Both the position numbers and the translations under genes were made by a program. This document shows positions 1 through 9,778 of a stretch of 32,000 bases of DNA, in pieces. The DNA lies in assembly GCA_031256725.1 (NCBI GenBank), contig JAIRQE010000009.1:1-32000 (forward strand), given 5' to 3'. Numbering within the stretch: position 1 is the first letter of the stretch; every line of letters begins with the position of its first letter. Origin of the DNA: Propionibacteriaceae bacterium. GTDB lineage: Bacteria > Actinomycetota > Actinomycetes > Propionibacteriales > Propionibacteriaceae. The notes under the pieces were generated by a model, which was given only the letters and a program-made list of their open reading frames with translations, did no database searches and was not told the origin of the DNA.

Positions 1-441
<441 letters not shown>

Positions 442-695
442 AATATCCAACCTCCGACAAGTCATCGGTTGGTCAACTTAGGGTTTGATAATCCTGACAT
501 ATCTTTATTATTTTAGGATATATCAAATATATCAAAGGAACCGTTCTTGATCTGATAAATTCAGCCAAGAATCGGGGCACTGAATTGATTATTTAGTGCA
601 TTATTTGGCATTGACTTTAAGCACGCTATTGAGTTCTCAAGGTTCAGGTGCGTCCCTCACTTTGGCTCTCACCGCTGTTTGGGGCAACTTGATCA

Positions 696-724
696 AGCTT
701 ACCCAAGATTTTCATCAAAGTCAA
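696..724 (-). promoter_or_regulatory. Candidate rrn operon promoter (proximal)
   Basis: On the minus strand: TTGACT (rc of 719-724), 17-nt spacer, TAAGCT (rc of 696-701, TAnnnT). It lies about 260 nt upstream of the 16S 5' end. A further good -10 (TAGAAT, rc of 773-778) lies between this candidate and the distal one. Confidence 0.35.
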
Positions 725-860
725 TTTGGGATTCTTGACCTTCCCGATTCTCTTCTTGTCCAGAGTCCGAGGATTCTAGCCTTGATTTGAATCAAGAAAC
801 CCAGGATGACAAGCAATTTTAGTGATCTATGATCTTGCCTGTTCCCCCGTGGGCTAGATA

Positions 861-890
861 AAGTTACCCCACACCTAGTACCCATGTCAA
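861..890 (-). promoter_or_regulatory. Candidate rrn operon promoter (distal)
   Basis: On the minus strand: TTGACA (rc of 885-890), 18-nt spacer, TAACTT (rc of 861-866). Tandem promoters upstream of rrs are typical. Hexamer match only; no transcription start site is known. Confidence 0.35.
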
Positions 891-1015
891 GTCGCCTCGT
901 GACAGTGGTCTTTTTGGGGGCTCTCCCCCGGACATCTACGCTTAAGACCAGTTCATGACACCACAGATGAGCTAGACTTGGAGGCTATGCATACGCGGGA
1001 GAGGATGGATCGTAC

Positions 1016-3145
1016 GTGAGCCAGTCAGCCCTAGATCGGGAACTCGAAGAAGAGCAAGAGTACGTAAATCTGGTTCTCACTCATCTTCGCAATGCAGTCA
1101 CTTCGGCAAAAGGATTGGTTGAAGAATCCAAGGCTCGCTTCATGGCAGACCGTGAAACATGGATGCGTGAAGAAAATACCACTGCCCTGTTTGAAAGAGA
1201 CGCTTTCGCCTATGTCGCTGCACGGCGCATCGCATCACTTGAAAATGAACACCAGGGGCTAGTCTTCGGTCGTCTCGACTTCGTCGACACAGAGAAAAGG
1301 TACATTGGGCGTCTGGGAGTTCGTACTCACGACTATGAACCTCTCGTTATTGATTGGAGAGCCCAAGCAGCGGAGCCCTTCTACCGAGCCACTCCTAGCC
1401 GCCCCATGGATGTCGTGCGCCGGCGAGTCCTGACCTCTCGTGATGACCGAGTCACCGGAATTGAGGACGATGTTCTCATGCCAACCGAAGTACCCGAAGA
1501 CATGACTGTCGTCGGAGATGGAGCCCTCATTAGCGCTCTAGAGCGTGCTCGTGGACCAAAGATGCATGACATTGTCGCCACCATCCAGGCTGAACAAGAT
1601 GAAGTCATTCGCGCCCCCCTCCAAGGATTCACACTCATCACAGGTGGGCCTGGTACAGGAAAAACTGTGGTCGGTCTCCATCGGGTAGCCTTCCTCATCT
1701 ATACCTATCGCAATCGGCTCACCAACGGTGGGGTTCTGGTGATAGGTCCCTCCTCAATCTTTATCGATTACATCGAACGTGTACTCCCCTCCCTGGGTGA
1801 GGATTCGGTGACCCTAAAATCAGTGGATCAGGTTGCTGACGATGTTCTTGGATTTACGTGTGTCCGGCGAGACACCGAGGATGCTTGGGTCATCAAGGGT
1901 GGAGCCCATATGGCAGCCATCCTTCGTCGATTGATTGAGTACTCCCCTATTGAAGAAGACAAAACCTGGATCATCGTCAAAGGAGAACCCCTGCTCATCA
2001 CTCGCGATGACCTGATCCGCATCCGCAAACAGTACCTAGGTCGTACTACCTATAACCAGGCACGATCCAAGGCCGAGGCCCATGTTATCTCTCTCCTGTG
2101 GGGTCAGGGGGAAAAACTCGTCGACCTCGAAGGGCCCGACAAGCACGAAGAATTTGAGGATCTGGTACGCGACTCATGGACATTCCAACAACTCATGAAT
2201 CAATGGTGGCCGTCCCTGGAACCCACTCAGATACTCTCCCGACTCGCTGACCCGAATCTGGTGAGGAAACTCGGCGATCTGACTGAAAACGAGATTCACA
2301 CACTTGCCTCGTCGATTGATTCACACAACTGGTCGAATGGTGACATCCCTCTCCTTGATGAGTTAGCGGATCTTCTTGGGCCTGTCGAAGAAGAGGAGGA
2401 TTCAACTCAAATCTTCTACCCTGAGGGTGTCGAAGAGATCGTCACCATCTCTGATCATCTCACGGACCATCGTCATATTGCCCCCAAGATTGCTCACACT
2501 ACCTATGCCCATATCCTCATTGATGAGGCCCAGGACATCACCCCCATGCAGTGGCGAATGATTTATCGGCGTGGATCCCAAGCCTCATGGACCATCGTCG
2601 GAGATCCAGCCCAATCATCATGGCCGGATCGAGATGAGCCTTTGCGTACCCTCTCGACCATGATTGGACGTCGCCAACAGCGTTCCTACAGGCTCTCCAC
2701 AAACTATCGTTCCCCCAAAGAGGTCTATGACCTCGCTACGCGCTATATTTGCGCTCATGAACTCGGTTCCGACATTCCTGAAGCGGTACGCTCAACTGGG
2801 ATAGCCCCACGACTGTTGGTTTCCTCCCAGGAATCCCTGGGTACATTCATCGCAGAACAGGTTTCCTCTTTGCTCGCCCAAGTCGAGGGTACAGTCGCGG
2901 TCATCTGTGAGAGTCAGTACACCGACCTTGTGGGAGCATCAGTTGCACCCAACCCACGCGTCATCCTTCTTAATCCCCTCTCCTGCAAGGGCTTGGAGTT
3001 TGATGCTGTTGTAGTCATCGATCCAGACTCCATTGCCTCACGATCCGCCTCAGGAGCACGAATCCTCTATGTGGTACTCACTCGCCCCACACAGATCCTC
3101 GTCACCATCGACATTGATCACGAAGGCCAATGGAGGCCCTCATAA
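1016..3145 (+). CDS. helD: HelD-type (helicase IV-like, UvrD superfamily 1) RNA polymerase-associated helicase
   Basis: 709-codon ORF. GTG start at 1016 with GGAGAGGA at 998-1005. N-terminal RYIGRLGV...LVIDWRAQAAEPFYRAT motif is typical of HelD. Walker A is GGPGTGKTVVGLHR. IDEAQD and a UvrD-like C-terminal LEFDAVVV...YVVLTR are present. Confidence 0.85.
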   Translation: MSQSALDRELEEEQEYVNLVLTHLRNAVTSAKGLVEESKARFMADRETWMREENTTALFERDAFAYVAARRIASLENEHQGLVFGRLDFVDTEKRYIGRLGVRTHDYEPLVIDWRAQAAEPFYRATPSRPMDVVRRRVLTSRDDRVTGIEDDVLMPTEVPEDMTVVGDGALISALERARGPKMHDIVATIQAEQDEVIRAPLQGFTLITGGPGTGKTVVGLHRVAFLIYTYRNRLTNGGVLVIGPSSIFIDYIERVLPSLGEDSVTLKSVDQVADDVLGFTCVRRDTEDAWVIKGGAHMAAILRRLIEYSPIEEDKTWIIVKGEPLLITRDDLIRIRKQYLGRTTYNQARSKAEAHVISLLWGQGEKLVDLEGPDKHEEFEDLVRDSWTFQQLMNQWWPSLEPTQILSRLADPNLVRKLGDLTENEIHTLASSIDSHNWSNGDIPLLDELADLLGPVEEEEDSTQIFYPEGVEEIVTISDHLTDHRHIAPKIAHTTYAHILIDEAQDITPMQWRMIYRRGSQASWTIVGDPAQSSWPDRDEPLRTLSTMIGRRQQRSYRLSTNYRSPKEVYDLATRYICAHELGSDIPEAVRSTGIAPRLLVSSQESLGTFIAEQVSSLLAQVEGTVAVICESQYTDLVGASVAPNPRVILLNPLSCKGLEFDAVVVIDPDSIASRSASGARILYVVLTRPTQILVTIDIDHEGQWRPS

Positions 3146-3250
3146 TCGTACTAATCCTCCTTATTCTCTACACAGCTTTACAAAAGTCCCCTCATGTCAT
3201 ATCTATGATTTAGTTTGAGAAGTTGTACCCCATTTTTGTTCCTCTGAGGC

Positions 3251-3273
3251 TTCCAAAGCTCACAACTTTGGAA
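3251..3273. terminator. Weak hairpin between convergent helD and metF
   Basis: TTCCAAAG (3251-3258), 7-nt loop, CTTTGGAA (3266-3273). A T-rich stretch (GGGTTTTGTTGG) follows on the plus strand after an 8-nt gap. The stem is AT-rich and there is no adjacent U-tract. Confidence 0.25.
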
Positions 3274-3350
3274 TGGAGAGGGTTTTGTTGGCTGAATTGT
3301 GAAGTTGTGGAGAATTACCCACCACGAATACTCAATTGTTGAGGACGACG

Positions 3351-4220
3351 TTACCGACGTAGGTTCTCCCATATTGAGCGTGTGGCAGCTGAACGGTTCT
3401 GCGTAAAGAAATGCAAGCCAGGGGCTCCTAGATCCAAGAGTTCTTGGCATAATTCGGAGGCTATCTGGGTGCCAGATTCTCGTACTGCTGACGAATCTTC
3501 AGCGACAGACTCAAGACGGGCGCGTACCTGCGCTGGTACCTCTGTTCCGCTGAGTTCAGCAAACCTCATGACTTGGGAGATCAAGGTGATGGGCATGATA
3601 CCGGGGATGATGGGGATGGGACATCCCAAGGATCTGACTCGATCGACGAGATCTACATAGGATTGGGCCCGGAAGAAGAGTTGGGTGATAGCGAAACTGG
3701 CTCCTGCATCCCATTTCTCTTTGAGGATGCGAGCATCCAAGTCGGGATCATGGTGGGAGGGATGGGGATCAGGGAAGGCGGCAACCCCGATACAGAAGTC
3801 TCCACGGGCACGAATCAACTCCACAAGCTCTGTAGCATTGTTGAGACCCTCAGGATGGGGATGCCAACCCATGGTGGGTCCACCTGGCATATCACCTCGA
3901 ATAGCGAAGATATGGTCAACACCATGGGCAGCATACTCATCAATCACAGTACACAGATCAGTTGTTGACTGGTCAACGCAGGTGAGATGACCCATGGTTC
4001 TCACTGATGTTTGGGTGGACAGTCGCCTGGTTACGCCAAGGGTACGGTCACGCTGTGAACCGTTGGCACCATAGGTCACCGATACGAAATCAGGGTTCAT
4101 TGATGCAAGTGTGTCTAGGGTCTCCCATAATTGCTTCTCACCGGCATCATCCTTGGGCGGAAAGAATTCGAAGGAGTACAGGGGATGCTCCTGGCGATCC
4201 AAGAGTTCAGATATTCTCAT
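3351..4220 (-). CDS. metF: 5,10-methylenetetrahydrofolate reductase
   Basis: 289 aa. N-terminus has YSFEFFPPK...FVSVTYGANGS, characteristic of MetF. The start overlaps the upstream gene's stop by 4 nt (4217-4220). Confidence 0.9.
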   Translation of the reverse strand: MRISELLDRQEHPLYSFEFFPPKDDAGEKQLWETLDTLASMNPDFVSVTYGANGSQRDRTLGVTRRLSTQTSVRTMGHLTCVDQSTTDLCTVIDEYAAHGVDHIFAIRGDMPGGPTMGWHPHPEGLNNATELVELIRARGDFCIGVAAFPDPHPSHHDPDLDARILKEKWDAGASFAITQLFFRAQSYVDLVDRVRSLGCPIPIIPGIMPITLISQVMRFAELSGTEVPAQVRARLESVAEDSSAVRESGTQIASELCQELLDLGAPGLHFFTQNRSAATRSIWENLRR

Positions 4221-5326
4221 GCATCACGCTCCACACTGGCTTGTACCAACCCCATGAGAGCCTGTCTACCTTCAGCGGATAGGGGCAGATCTTCGAGGTA
4301 CCTACACCCCGCGACTGCATTCTCACGAATCATTGTTTCTGTTGACTCCACAGCGCCGCATTCAACCAGAATAGTACGGGCCTGGTCAATATCGGACTCG
4401 GTCAAACTAGGGTCACCAAGCATCTGGATCAACCTAGATCCATCTTCAGATGAAGCTTTGCGTAGCGCCTCCCCTATGACGACAGTTTTCTTTCCAGAGC
4501 GGATGTCATCCCCACTGGGTTTGCCCATGACTGCGGAATCCCCGAAGATACCCAAGAGGTCATCCCTCATTTGGAAGGCACGCCCGATAGAGAACCCGAA
4601 ACTGTTCAGAGCCTCAATGGTTGCCTGGCTGGCGCCAGCCAACCCAGCACCGATGAGCATGGGTCGTGTGACTGTGTACTTTGAGGTTTTGAACTCCATC
4701 ACCATGGTTGCGTCCTCAATCATGGTGGATGGATCCAGGGGTTTCGCTTCGATCACCAGGTCAAGGAATTGTCCTGCGAGGACCTCGGTACGTACGGCTT
4801 CAAGGAAGGGGCGAGCCCGACTCAGTTTCTCAGGCGCAATCTTGGCTTGTTCAACCATGGACACTGACCAGGCAAAAAGAAGATCGCCGACCAAGATAGC
4901 AGAAGAGGTACCAAAATGCCCCCCATCCCCAAGCCATTCCTGTTGCGAATGAACCTCCCCAAAGAAACGGTGTGTGGAAGGGTTTCCTCGCCTGAAATCC
5001 GACCCGTCAATGAGATCATCATGAACGAGGGCAAAGGCATGAAGAAGATCCAAACTCGCAGCAATATCCATGACACCTGGATCAAGCTCAGTCTCACCTG
5101 AGACTCCCACATAGGTCCAATAACAGAACCCGGGGCGTATCCTCTTTCCACCACTGGCACATTGGCGGGCCTGATCCCACATCAGATCAACGCAATGTCC
5201 AGCATCAGAGAAGGAGTCCCTGCGGAAATTCAAAAAAAGATCCTGGGCGTCAAAGAAACAATCGAGGCGGGCCTGTACCTCAGCCAGAAATTCGGGGCCC
5301 AAAGGGTGAGCGGGGTTAAGTGTCAT
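4217..5326 (-). CDS. Polyprenyl (geranylgeranyl/long-chain) diphosphate synthase
   Basis: Both aspartate-rich motifs are present: LVHDDLIDGSDFRRG and FQMRDDLLGIFGD. The track ORF extends to 5428. I prefer the ATG at 5326 (MTLNPAHPLGPEF...) because the extension overlaps the upstream gene. The start is uncertain. Confidence 0.85.
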   Translation of the reverse strand: MTLNPAHPLGPEFLAEVQARLDCFFDAQDLFLNFRRDSFSDAGHCVDLMWDQARQCASGGKRIRPGFCYWTYVGVSGETELDPGVMDIAASLDLLHAFALVHDDLIDGSDFRRGNPSTHRFFGEVHSQQEWLGDGGHFGTSSAILVGDLLFAWSVSMVEQAKIAPEKLSRARPFLEAVRTEVLAGQFLDLVIEAKPLDPSTMIEDATMVMEFKTSKYTVTRPMLIGAGLAGASQATIEALNSFGFSIGRAFQMRDDLLGIFGDSAVMGKPSGDDIRSGKKTVVIGEALRKASSEDGSRLIQMLGDPSLTESDIDQARTILVECGAVESTETMIRENAVAGCRYLEDLPLSAEGRQALMGLVQASVERDA

Positions 5327-5963
5327 GTCGATGCATCCATGGGAAACTATCGCCAAGCTCAGCTGCGACAGCTCGGCGTTCTGGTCGTGAAACTCGGCGA
5401 AGATGATTCGCCCAGACTCGTACTGCAATATCTAACTCGGAATCCATCCACACGCGTCGAGCCCCTAGGCTGGTTGCGGTCTCCAGATCAGCCAGTGTTT
5501 GGCACTGTGAGACGAACCACACTAAGTGCGGATGGATCTCTTCCAATCCAGCCATCTCAGCGATGAAGGAATCCTGGGTATTGGGAGCAACAAGATAGGA
5601 ACATCCTGCTGCGAGGGCCGCCTTAGCCTGTTTGATGTTCTCCACCTGGCATCCAACGAGCCGGTTATTCCACCGCGTGGAATGGGTCTCTGATTTGAGA
5701 TGGATCACATCAGCTCGTACCTGTGCGGCGATGGGCTCTCCAACTCCCACCAAACACTTCCCGGCAACCTGTCGTGTAGCCTCCAAGACGTGGCCCATTG
5801 TTTCCAGATCGAAAGCAGGATTGGTGACGAGGATCATTCCTACTCCATCTGTGACTACTGAGGTACACCATGTTTTCCATGAATCTAGATCCTGGCGTGC
5901 GTGGGTAGCAATGGCGACTCGTGTCCTTTCGAGCCGAGTTTGAGGAGAGTACAGCACTGCCAT
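5316..5963 (-). CDS. ThiE/TenI-like (thiamine-phosphate synthase fold) protein
   Basis: 215 aa. By-eye pattern ADVIHL...VGCQVENIKQAKAALAAGCSYLVAP resembles the ThiE/TenI TIM-barrel family. First gene of the apparent operon with the polyprenyl synthase and metF. The family call is tentative. Confidence 0.5.
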   Translation of the reverse strand: MAVLYSPQTRLERTRVAIATHARQDLDSWKTWCTSVVTDGVGMILVTNPAFDLETMGHVLEATRQVAGKCLVGVGEPIAAQVRADVIHLKSETHSTRWNNRLVGCQVENIKQAKAALAAGCSYLVAPNTQDSFIAEMAGLEEIHPHLVWFVSQCQTLADLETATSLGARRVWMDSELDIAVRVWANHLRRVSRPERRAVAAELGDSFPWMHRHDT

Positions 5964-6086
5964 AGCGACCAGAGTATATGACTTGCGCCCATGGATGCAC
6001 CCCGTCCCCGGTGCGCCTCACAGCATTTATCTAATGTTTTTCTACACTCGATAATGGACTATTTTCTGGGTTTCTAAGGAGGTGCG

Positions 6087-8075
6087 ATGGCACAAGCTCA
6101 ATCCGATAGCCTTATTGGCTCTGTTTTGAGTGGGAGGTACGAGCTTGTTGCACGCATCAATCGTGGAGGTACAGCAGTCGTCTATCGTGCCATCGATAGA
6201 CGTCTTGGGCGCACTGTTGCAGTCAAAGTAATCCACTCTGATCTTTCGGGGGACCCTGATTATGTGAAGAGGTTTGATCGTGAGGCTAGGGCGGCCGCAA
6301 TCCTTTCCCATCCCAATATTGTTGCCGTTTTTGACCAGGGCCTCGCTGGTGAACGTCCCTATATTGTCATGGAGTACATCCGTGGCCAGTCTTTGAGGGC
6401 AATCATCTCAGCCTCAGCACCCCTGCCTCCCGCCATGGCTCTCGCCTATGCTGACGAGGTTGCTAAAGCTGTATCAGCTGCTCACAATGCTGGGATCATC
6501 CACCGCGACATTAAGCCTGAGAACGTACTCATCACCAATGATGGGAAGGTCAAGGTCACAGATTTTGGTCTAGCGAAGAACATCACTGCTCATACATCAA
6601 CAGCCTCCCAAGGTGTGTTGATGGGAACGATGAGTTATATCGCTCCCGAGATTCCTTCCAGTGGCTCGGCTTTCAAAGCCTCCGATGTGTACTCCACTGG
6701 GATCGTTCTTTTTGAGATGCTCACCGGAAAGAAACCCCACACGGGTGAAGATTTCTCCCAAGTCATCATGAAGCATGTGAATGTGGATGTACCCCCTCCT
6801 TCACGGGTGCTCACCGGTCCCGCTAGGGCACGGATCCCAGACTATGTGGATGCCCTTGTGGCTGCATGCACAACGCGCAACAGTGAGGATCGCATCCCTG
6901 ATGGTCGGGTTCTTCAAGAGATGATCTCCAAGGCTCGCCGTAGTCTTGAAGCGGGAAAGCGCAGCGATCCTGATCTGGTGAAGACCTTCTCCACCCCTGT
7001 GAAATCTATGGAGGCCACTCCCACTGCCCCGATTCCATTGCCACAGGTTGTACCTCCCCCCACGACTGTAACTGAAGACACTCCGGTACATGATGGTCCC
7101 CCACCAGCGAAGAAACTCGCTCAGGCACCAAGCAAACCACCTCCCCGAACGCCCATGTCACAGGCTCGCAAGCAGATCCCGCGAATGGTGATCATCCTTA
7201 TTCTTGTGGCAGCCCTAGTTCTTAGTGGAATTGTCTGGTGGATTGGATGGGGATCATGGGCGAGGGTACCCAACCTGACTGGAATGAATGAACAGGATGC
7301 GCGTACACGAGCCGCCGAATTCTCCTTCACGGTTGAGATTCTTCCAGAGTATTCGGAAACCATCGCTGAGGGTTTAGTGATCCGTACTGATCCTCCCGAA
7401 GGTTCACGAGCACACCGAGATTCAACAATAACGGTTGTTCTCTCTCGTGGTCCTGAAAGATATGACATGCCGACAGTTGTGGGACTTACCCGCGAACAAG
7501 CTGCTGAGGCTATCGAGAATGCCCACTTAAAGGTGGGAGAAACCACCGAAGCCTGGGATGAACAGGCTCCAGTGGGACAGGTCATTGGGGCCTCGGAGGA
7601 ACCAGGCGCAAAACTCAAAGCCAATACTCCCATTAATGTGACGGTCTCCAAGGGCCGTGAGCCCCTCCCTATCGTTGATTACACTGGGAAGGGTAAGGAT
7701 GAAGCCGTCCAGGGAATCGAAGCTTCAGGATTTGTGGCGCAAGTGAACGAAACTTCCTCATGCAAACAGGCCAAAGGCGTTGTTGATGGACAATCCCCCT
7801 GGGAGGGTACAGCCTATCGCGGCGATACCATCACAATCACGGTCTCTACTGGCCCACAGGAAAAAGGCCTACCCGATGTCTATATGCTGTCGAAAGAAGA
7901 TGCTACTCGTGACTTAAACGGGCAAGGGTTCCGTGTTTCAACTGAGGTCATTACTGCTAATCCCATTCCAGGCAGACAGCCCACTCGGGTCATTGGAGTC
8001 TCAGTAGACAAGGCCACAATTCTTGGCGCAAATACCGTTGTTTCCGTGTGTAATGTGTACCTCCACATGATCTAA
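6087..8075 (+). CDS. pknL: Membrane Ser/Thr protein kinase with extracellular PASTA repeats (PknL/PknB-like)
   Basis: AAGGAGG at 6076-6082, ATG at 6087. Hanks kinase motifs: [22 protein letters not shown]. Pro-rich linker, then one TM helix ([23 protein letters not shown]). Three clear PASTA-like ~65-aa repeats plus a degenerate fourth. The symbol comes from synteny with M. tuberculosis Rv2176, not from a search. Confidence 0.88.
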   Translation: MAQAQSDSLIGSVLSGRYELVARINRGGTAVVYRAIDRRLGRTVAVKVIHSDLSGDPDYVKRFDREARAAAILSHPNIVAVFDQGLAGERPYIVMEYIRGQSLRAIISASAPLPPAMALAYADEVAKAVSAAHNAGIIHRDIKPENVLITNDGKVKVTDFGLAKNITAHTSTASQGVLMGTMSYIAPEIPSSGSAFKASDVYSTGIVLFEMLTGKKPHTGEDFSQVIMKHVNVDVPPPSRVLTGPARARIPDYVDALVAACTTRNSEDRIPDGRVLQEMISKARRSLEAGKRSDPDLVKTFSTPVKSMEATPTAPIPLPQVVPPPTTVTEDTPVHDGPPPAKKLAQAPSKPPPRTPMSQARKQIPRMVIILILVAALVLSGIVWWIGWGSWARVPNLTGMNEQDARTRAAEFSFTVEILPEYSETIAEGLVIRTDPPEGSRAHRDSTITVVLSRGPERYDMPTVVGLTREQAAEAIENAHLKVGETTEAWDEQAPVGQVIGASEEPGAKLKANTPINVTVSKGREPLPIVDYTGKGKDEAVQGIEASGFVAQVNETSSCKQAKGVVDGQSPWEGTAYRGDTITITVSTGPQEKGLPDVYMLSKEDATRDLNGQGFRVSTEVITANPIPGRQPTRVIGVSVDKATILGANTVVSVCNVYLHMI

Positions 8076-8100
8076 GGTCTGCGGTAACCCCAGCACATGG

Positions 8101-8736
8101 CTAGATGACGAGAGGTTCCCCATCACGGATATCCGTCAACGAGGTTTCGGTCATCTCAGTCAACCGTGAGAAAGTCAGCCCCCATCCCCTCTCATTGACA
8201 AGACCATCATGGATGAGGAATCCGTGCTTAGCTCCAAGAACTCGCGTGAAGTCGATGATCTCCTTCATGGCACACCACGGAGCATGGGTGGGTATCCCAG
8301 CAATATCAACCCCTTCAGGGGCAACATCGACAGCATCACCAGGATGGAAGAATGTGGGTTCGCCCTCCTCGCGGATCACCACTCCCACATTGCCTATGCG
8401 AGGGATGTCTCGATGGATGATGGCATGGAGTCCTCCGATCGCCTCAATCTCGGTCTTGCCAATTTTGGCAGTCGTACCAGCGGCCAGCCCTTCAGCGCTG
8501 GGAAGATCCACGGACCCTGAGATGGATGGTTCAACCAAAAGCCTCGCTGAACTATTGTTTTCGAGAAGACGTGGAAGATGATCAGGATCAATATGATCAA
8601 GATGGGCATGGGTAACCACAATGGCATCCAAATCAGTGAGGCCATGCCAGGCTCTAGAAAAGTTGCCCGGATCAATGAGGATTCTGACCTCGGTTTCAAT
8701 GAGTACCGAGGAGTGTCCGAGGTGGGTAATCTTCAT
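8101..8736 (-). CDS. MBL-fold metallo-hydrolase
   Basis: MKITHLGHSSVLIE... with the VVTHAHLDHID metal-binding motif. The ATG at 8736 gives an ATGA overlap with the upstream threonine aldolase stop. The track ORF extends to 8790. Confidence 0.8.
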   Translation of the reverse strand: MKITHLGHSSVLIETEVRILIDPGNFSRAWHGLTDLDAIVVTHAHLDHIDPDHLPRLLENNSSARLLVEPSISGSVDLPSAEGLAAGTTAKIGKTEIEAIGGLHAIIHRDIPRIGNVGVVIREEGEPTFFHPGDAVDVAPEGVDIAGIPTHAPWCAMKEIIDFTRVLGAKHGFLIHDGLVNERGWGLTFSRLTEMTETSLTDIRDGEPLVI

Positions 8737-9761
8737 GACTGCTCCGCATTCTTGAGGATTGAGGCGAGGATCTTGCCACCGGTTACGCAATCCTCGTGAG
8801 TGATCCCGAGATAGGTGACCACACGAACCTCTCGTGCTGCAAGTTTGGTTACTATCATCCCTTGGGTCCCCGCTTGGGCGACAACCTCATCGGCTGTCAG
8901 GGACCCTGTTCCTATGACCACGATATTAGTGGGAATCTCGGTTGCCACCGCCCAGGGTGCTACTGCTCGTACCTCGTCAGCGAAGGCTCGCGCACCCTGA
9001 TGGTCCTCGGCTAGACGCTCAATGTTGTTTTCTAGGGCATAGATACCAGCGGCAGCAAGGATTCCTGCTTGACGCCACCCAGCACCCAGTCTCTTACGTT
9101 GAACCCTGGCTTTAGCGATGTTCTCCTTGCTGGAAGCTAGGAGGGTACCCACGGGGGCACCTAAGCCCTTGGACAGACATAGACTCACAGTGGTTGCCAA
9201 CCGCCCATAATCGGCCAAGGAAGTCCCTGTAGCCACACATGCGTTAGCGAGACGGGCACCATCAAGATGGAGGGCCAGATCGTTGTCGCGACAGTACTGC
9301 GCGATGTGCTGGACATTACTGAGAGGTTGGATGGCACCACTGGCGAAGTTCATGGTGTTCTCGATCTCAATGGTTGACGTTTTGACGAGGTAGCCACCCA
9401 CGAAAGAGACCAAGGGTTCAATATCTTCCAGTCGAGCAACCCCAACTGGTGAACGCCAGGTTCTCGTTGTGATTCCGTGCATCCCGGCATGGGCTCCCAT
9501 TTCGGCACGTACAATGTGGGCCTGAGAGTCGCACAGAGCCTCAGAACCACGCTCAACCGTGAGCCACAACCCCAGCATATTGGCCAAAGAACCCGAGACA
9601 CAGAAGAGGGCGGCTTCCTGGCCAAGAAGTTCAGCTCCCATAGCTTCCAGGCGTTGAATAGTCAGGTCCTCACCATAGACATCATCACCGACATCTGCGG
9701 TGATCATGGCCTGCCTCATCTCAGGGGTAGGTTTGGTGAGGGTATCGCTACGAAAATCCAT
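8733..9761 (-). CDS. ltaE: Low-specificity L-threonine aldolase (PLP-dependent)
   Basis: 342 aa. N-terminus is MDFRSDTLTKPTPEMRQAM...VGDDVYGEDLT. An internal SLCLSKGLGAPVG holds the PLP lysine context. Both are typical of the threonine aldolase family. Confidence 0.85.
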   Translation of the reverse strand: MDFRSDTLTKPTPEMRQAMITADVGDDVYGEDLTIQRLEAMGAELLGQEAALFCVSGSLANMLGLWLTVERGSEALCDSQAHIVRAEMGAHAGMHGITTRTWRSPVGVARLEDIEPLVSFVGGYLVKTSTIEIENTMNFASGAIQPLSNVQHIAQYCRDNDLALHLDGARLANACVATGTSLADYGRLATTVSLCLSKGLGAPVGTLLASSKENIAKARVQRKRLGAGWRQAGILAAAGIYALENNIERLAEDHQGARAFADEVRAVAPWAVATEIPTNIVVIGTGSLTADEVVAQAGTQGMIVTKLAAREVRVVTYLGITHEDCVTGGKILASILKNAEQS

Positions 9762-9778
9762 ATCCCCAGCCTAGTGGA

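Noticed and set aside
596-790. 64-aa plus-strand ORF in the rrn upstream region
   Set aside because: It has no ribosome-binding site and low-complexity content, and it sits in the rRNA promoter/leader region. There is no support for coding.
916-929. GGGGG-ctct-CCCCC hairpin considered as an intrinsic terminator
   Set aside because: The T-run precedes the stem on the plus strand and an A-run follows it on the minus strand, so it fits a terminator in neither direction. It is kept only as a possible regulatory element in the helD finding.
4131-4952. 273-aa plus-strand ORF
   Set aside because: It is fully antisense to the polyprenyl synthase gene, which has both DDxxD motifs. Its translation is Ser/Arg/Pro-rich, as expected from a shadow frame.
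7121-7651. 176-aa minus-strand ORF inside the PASTA kinase gene
   Set aside because: It is antisense to a well-supported kinase/PASTA coding frame and has no recognisable motifs. The antisense ORFs 27156-27689 and 26739-27139 inside essC are rejected for the same reason.
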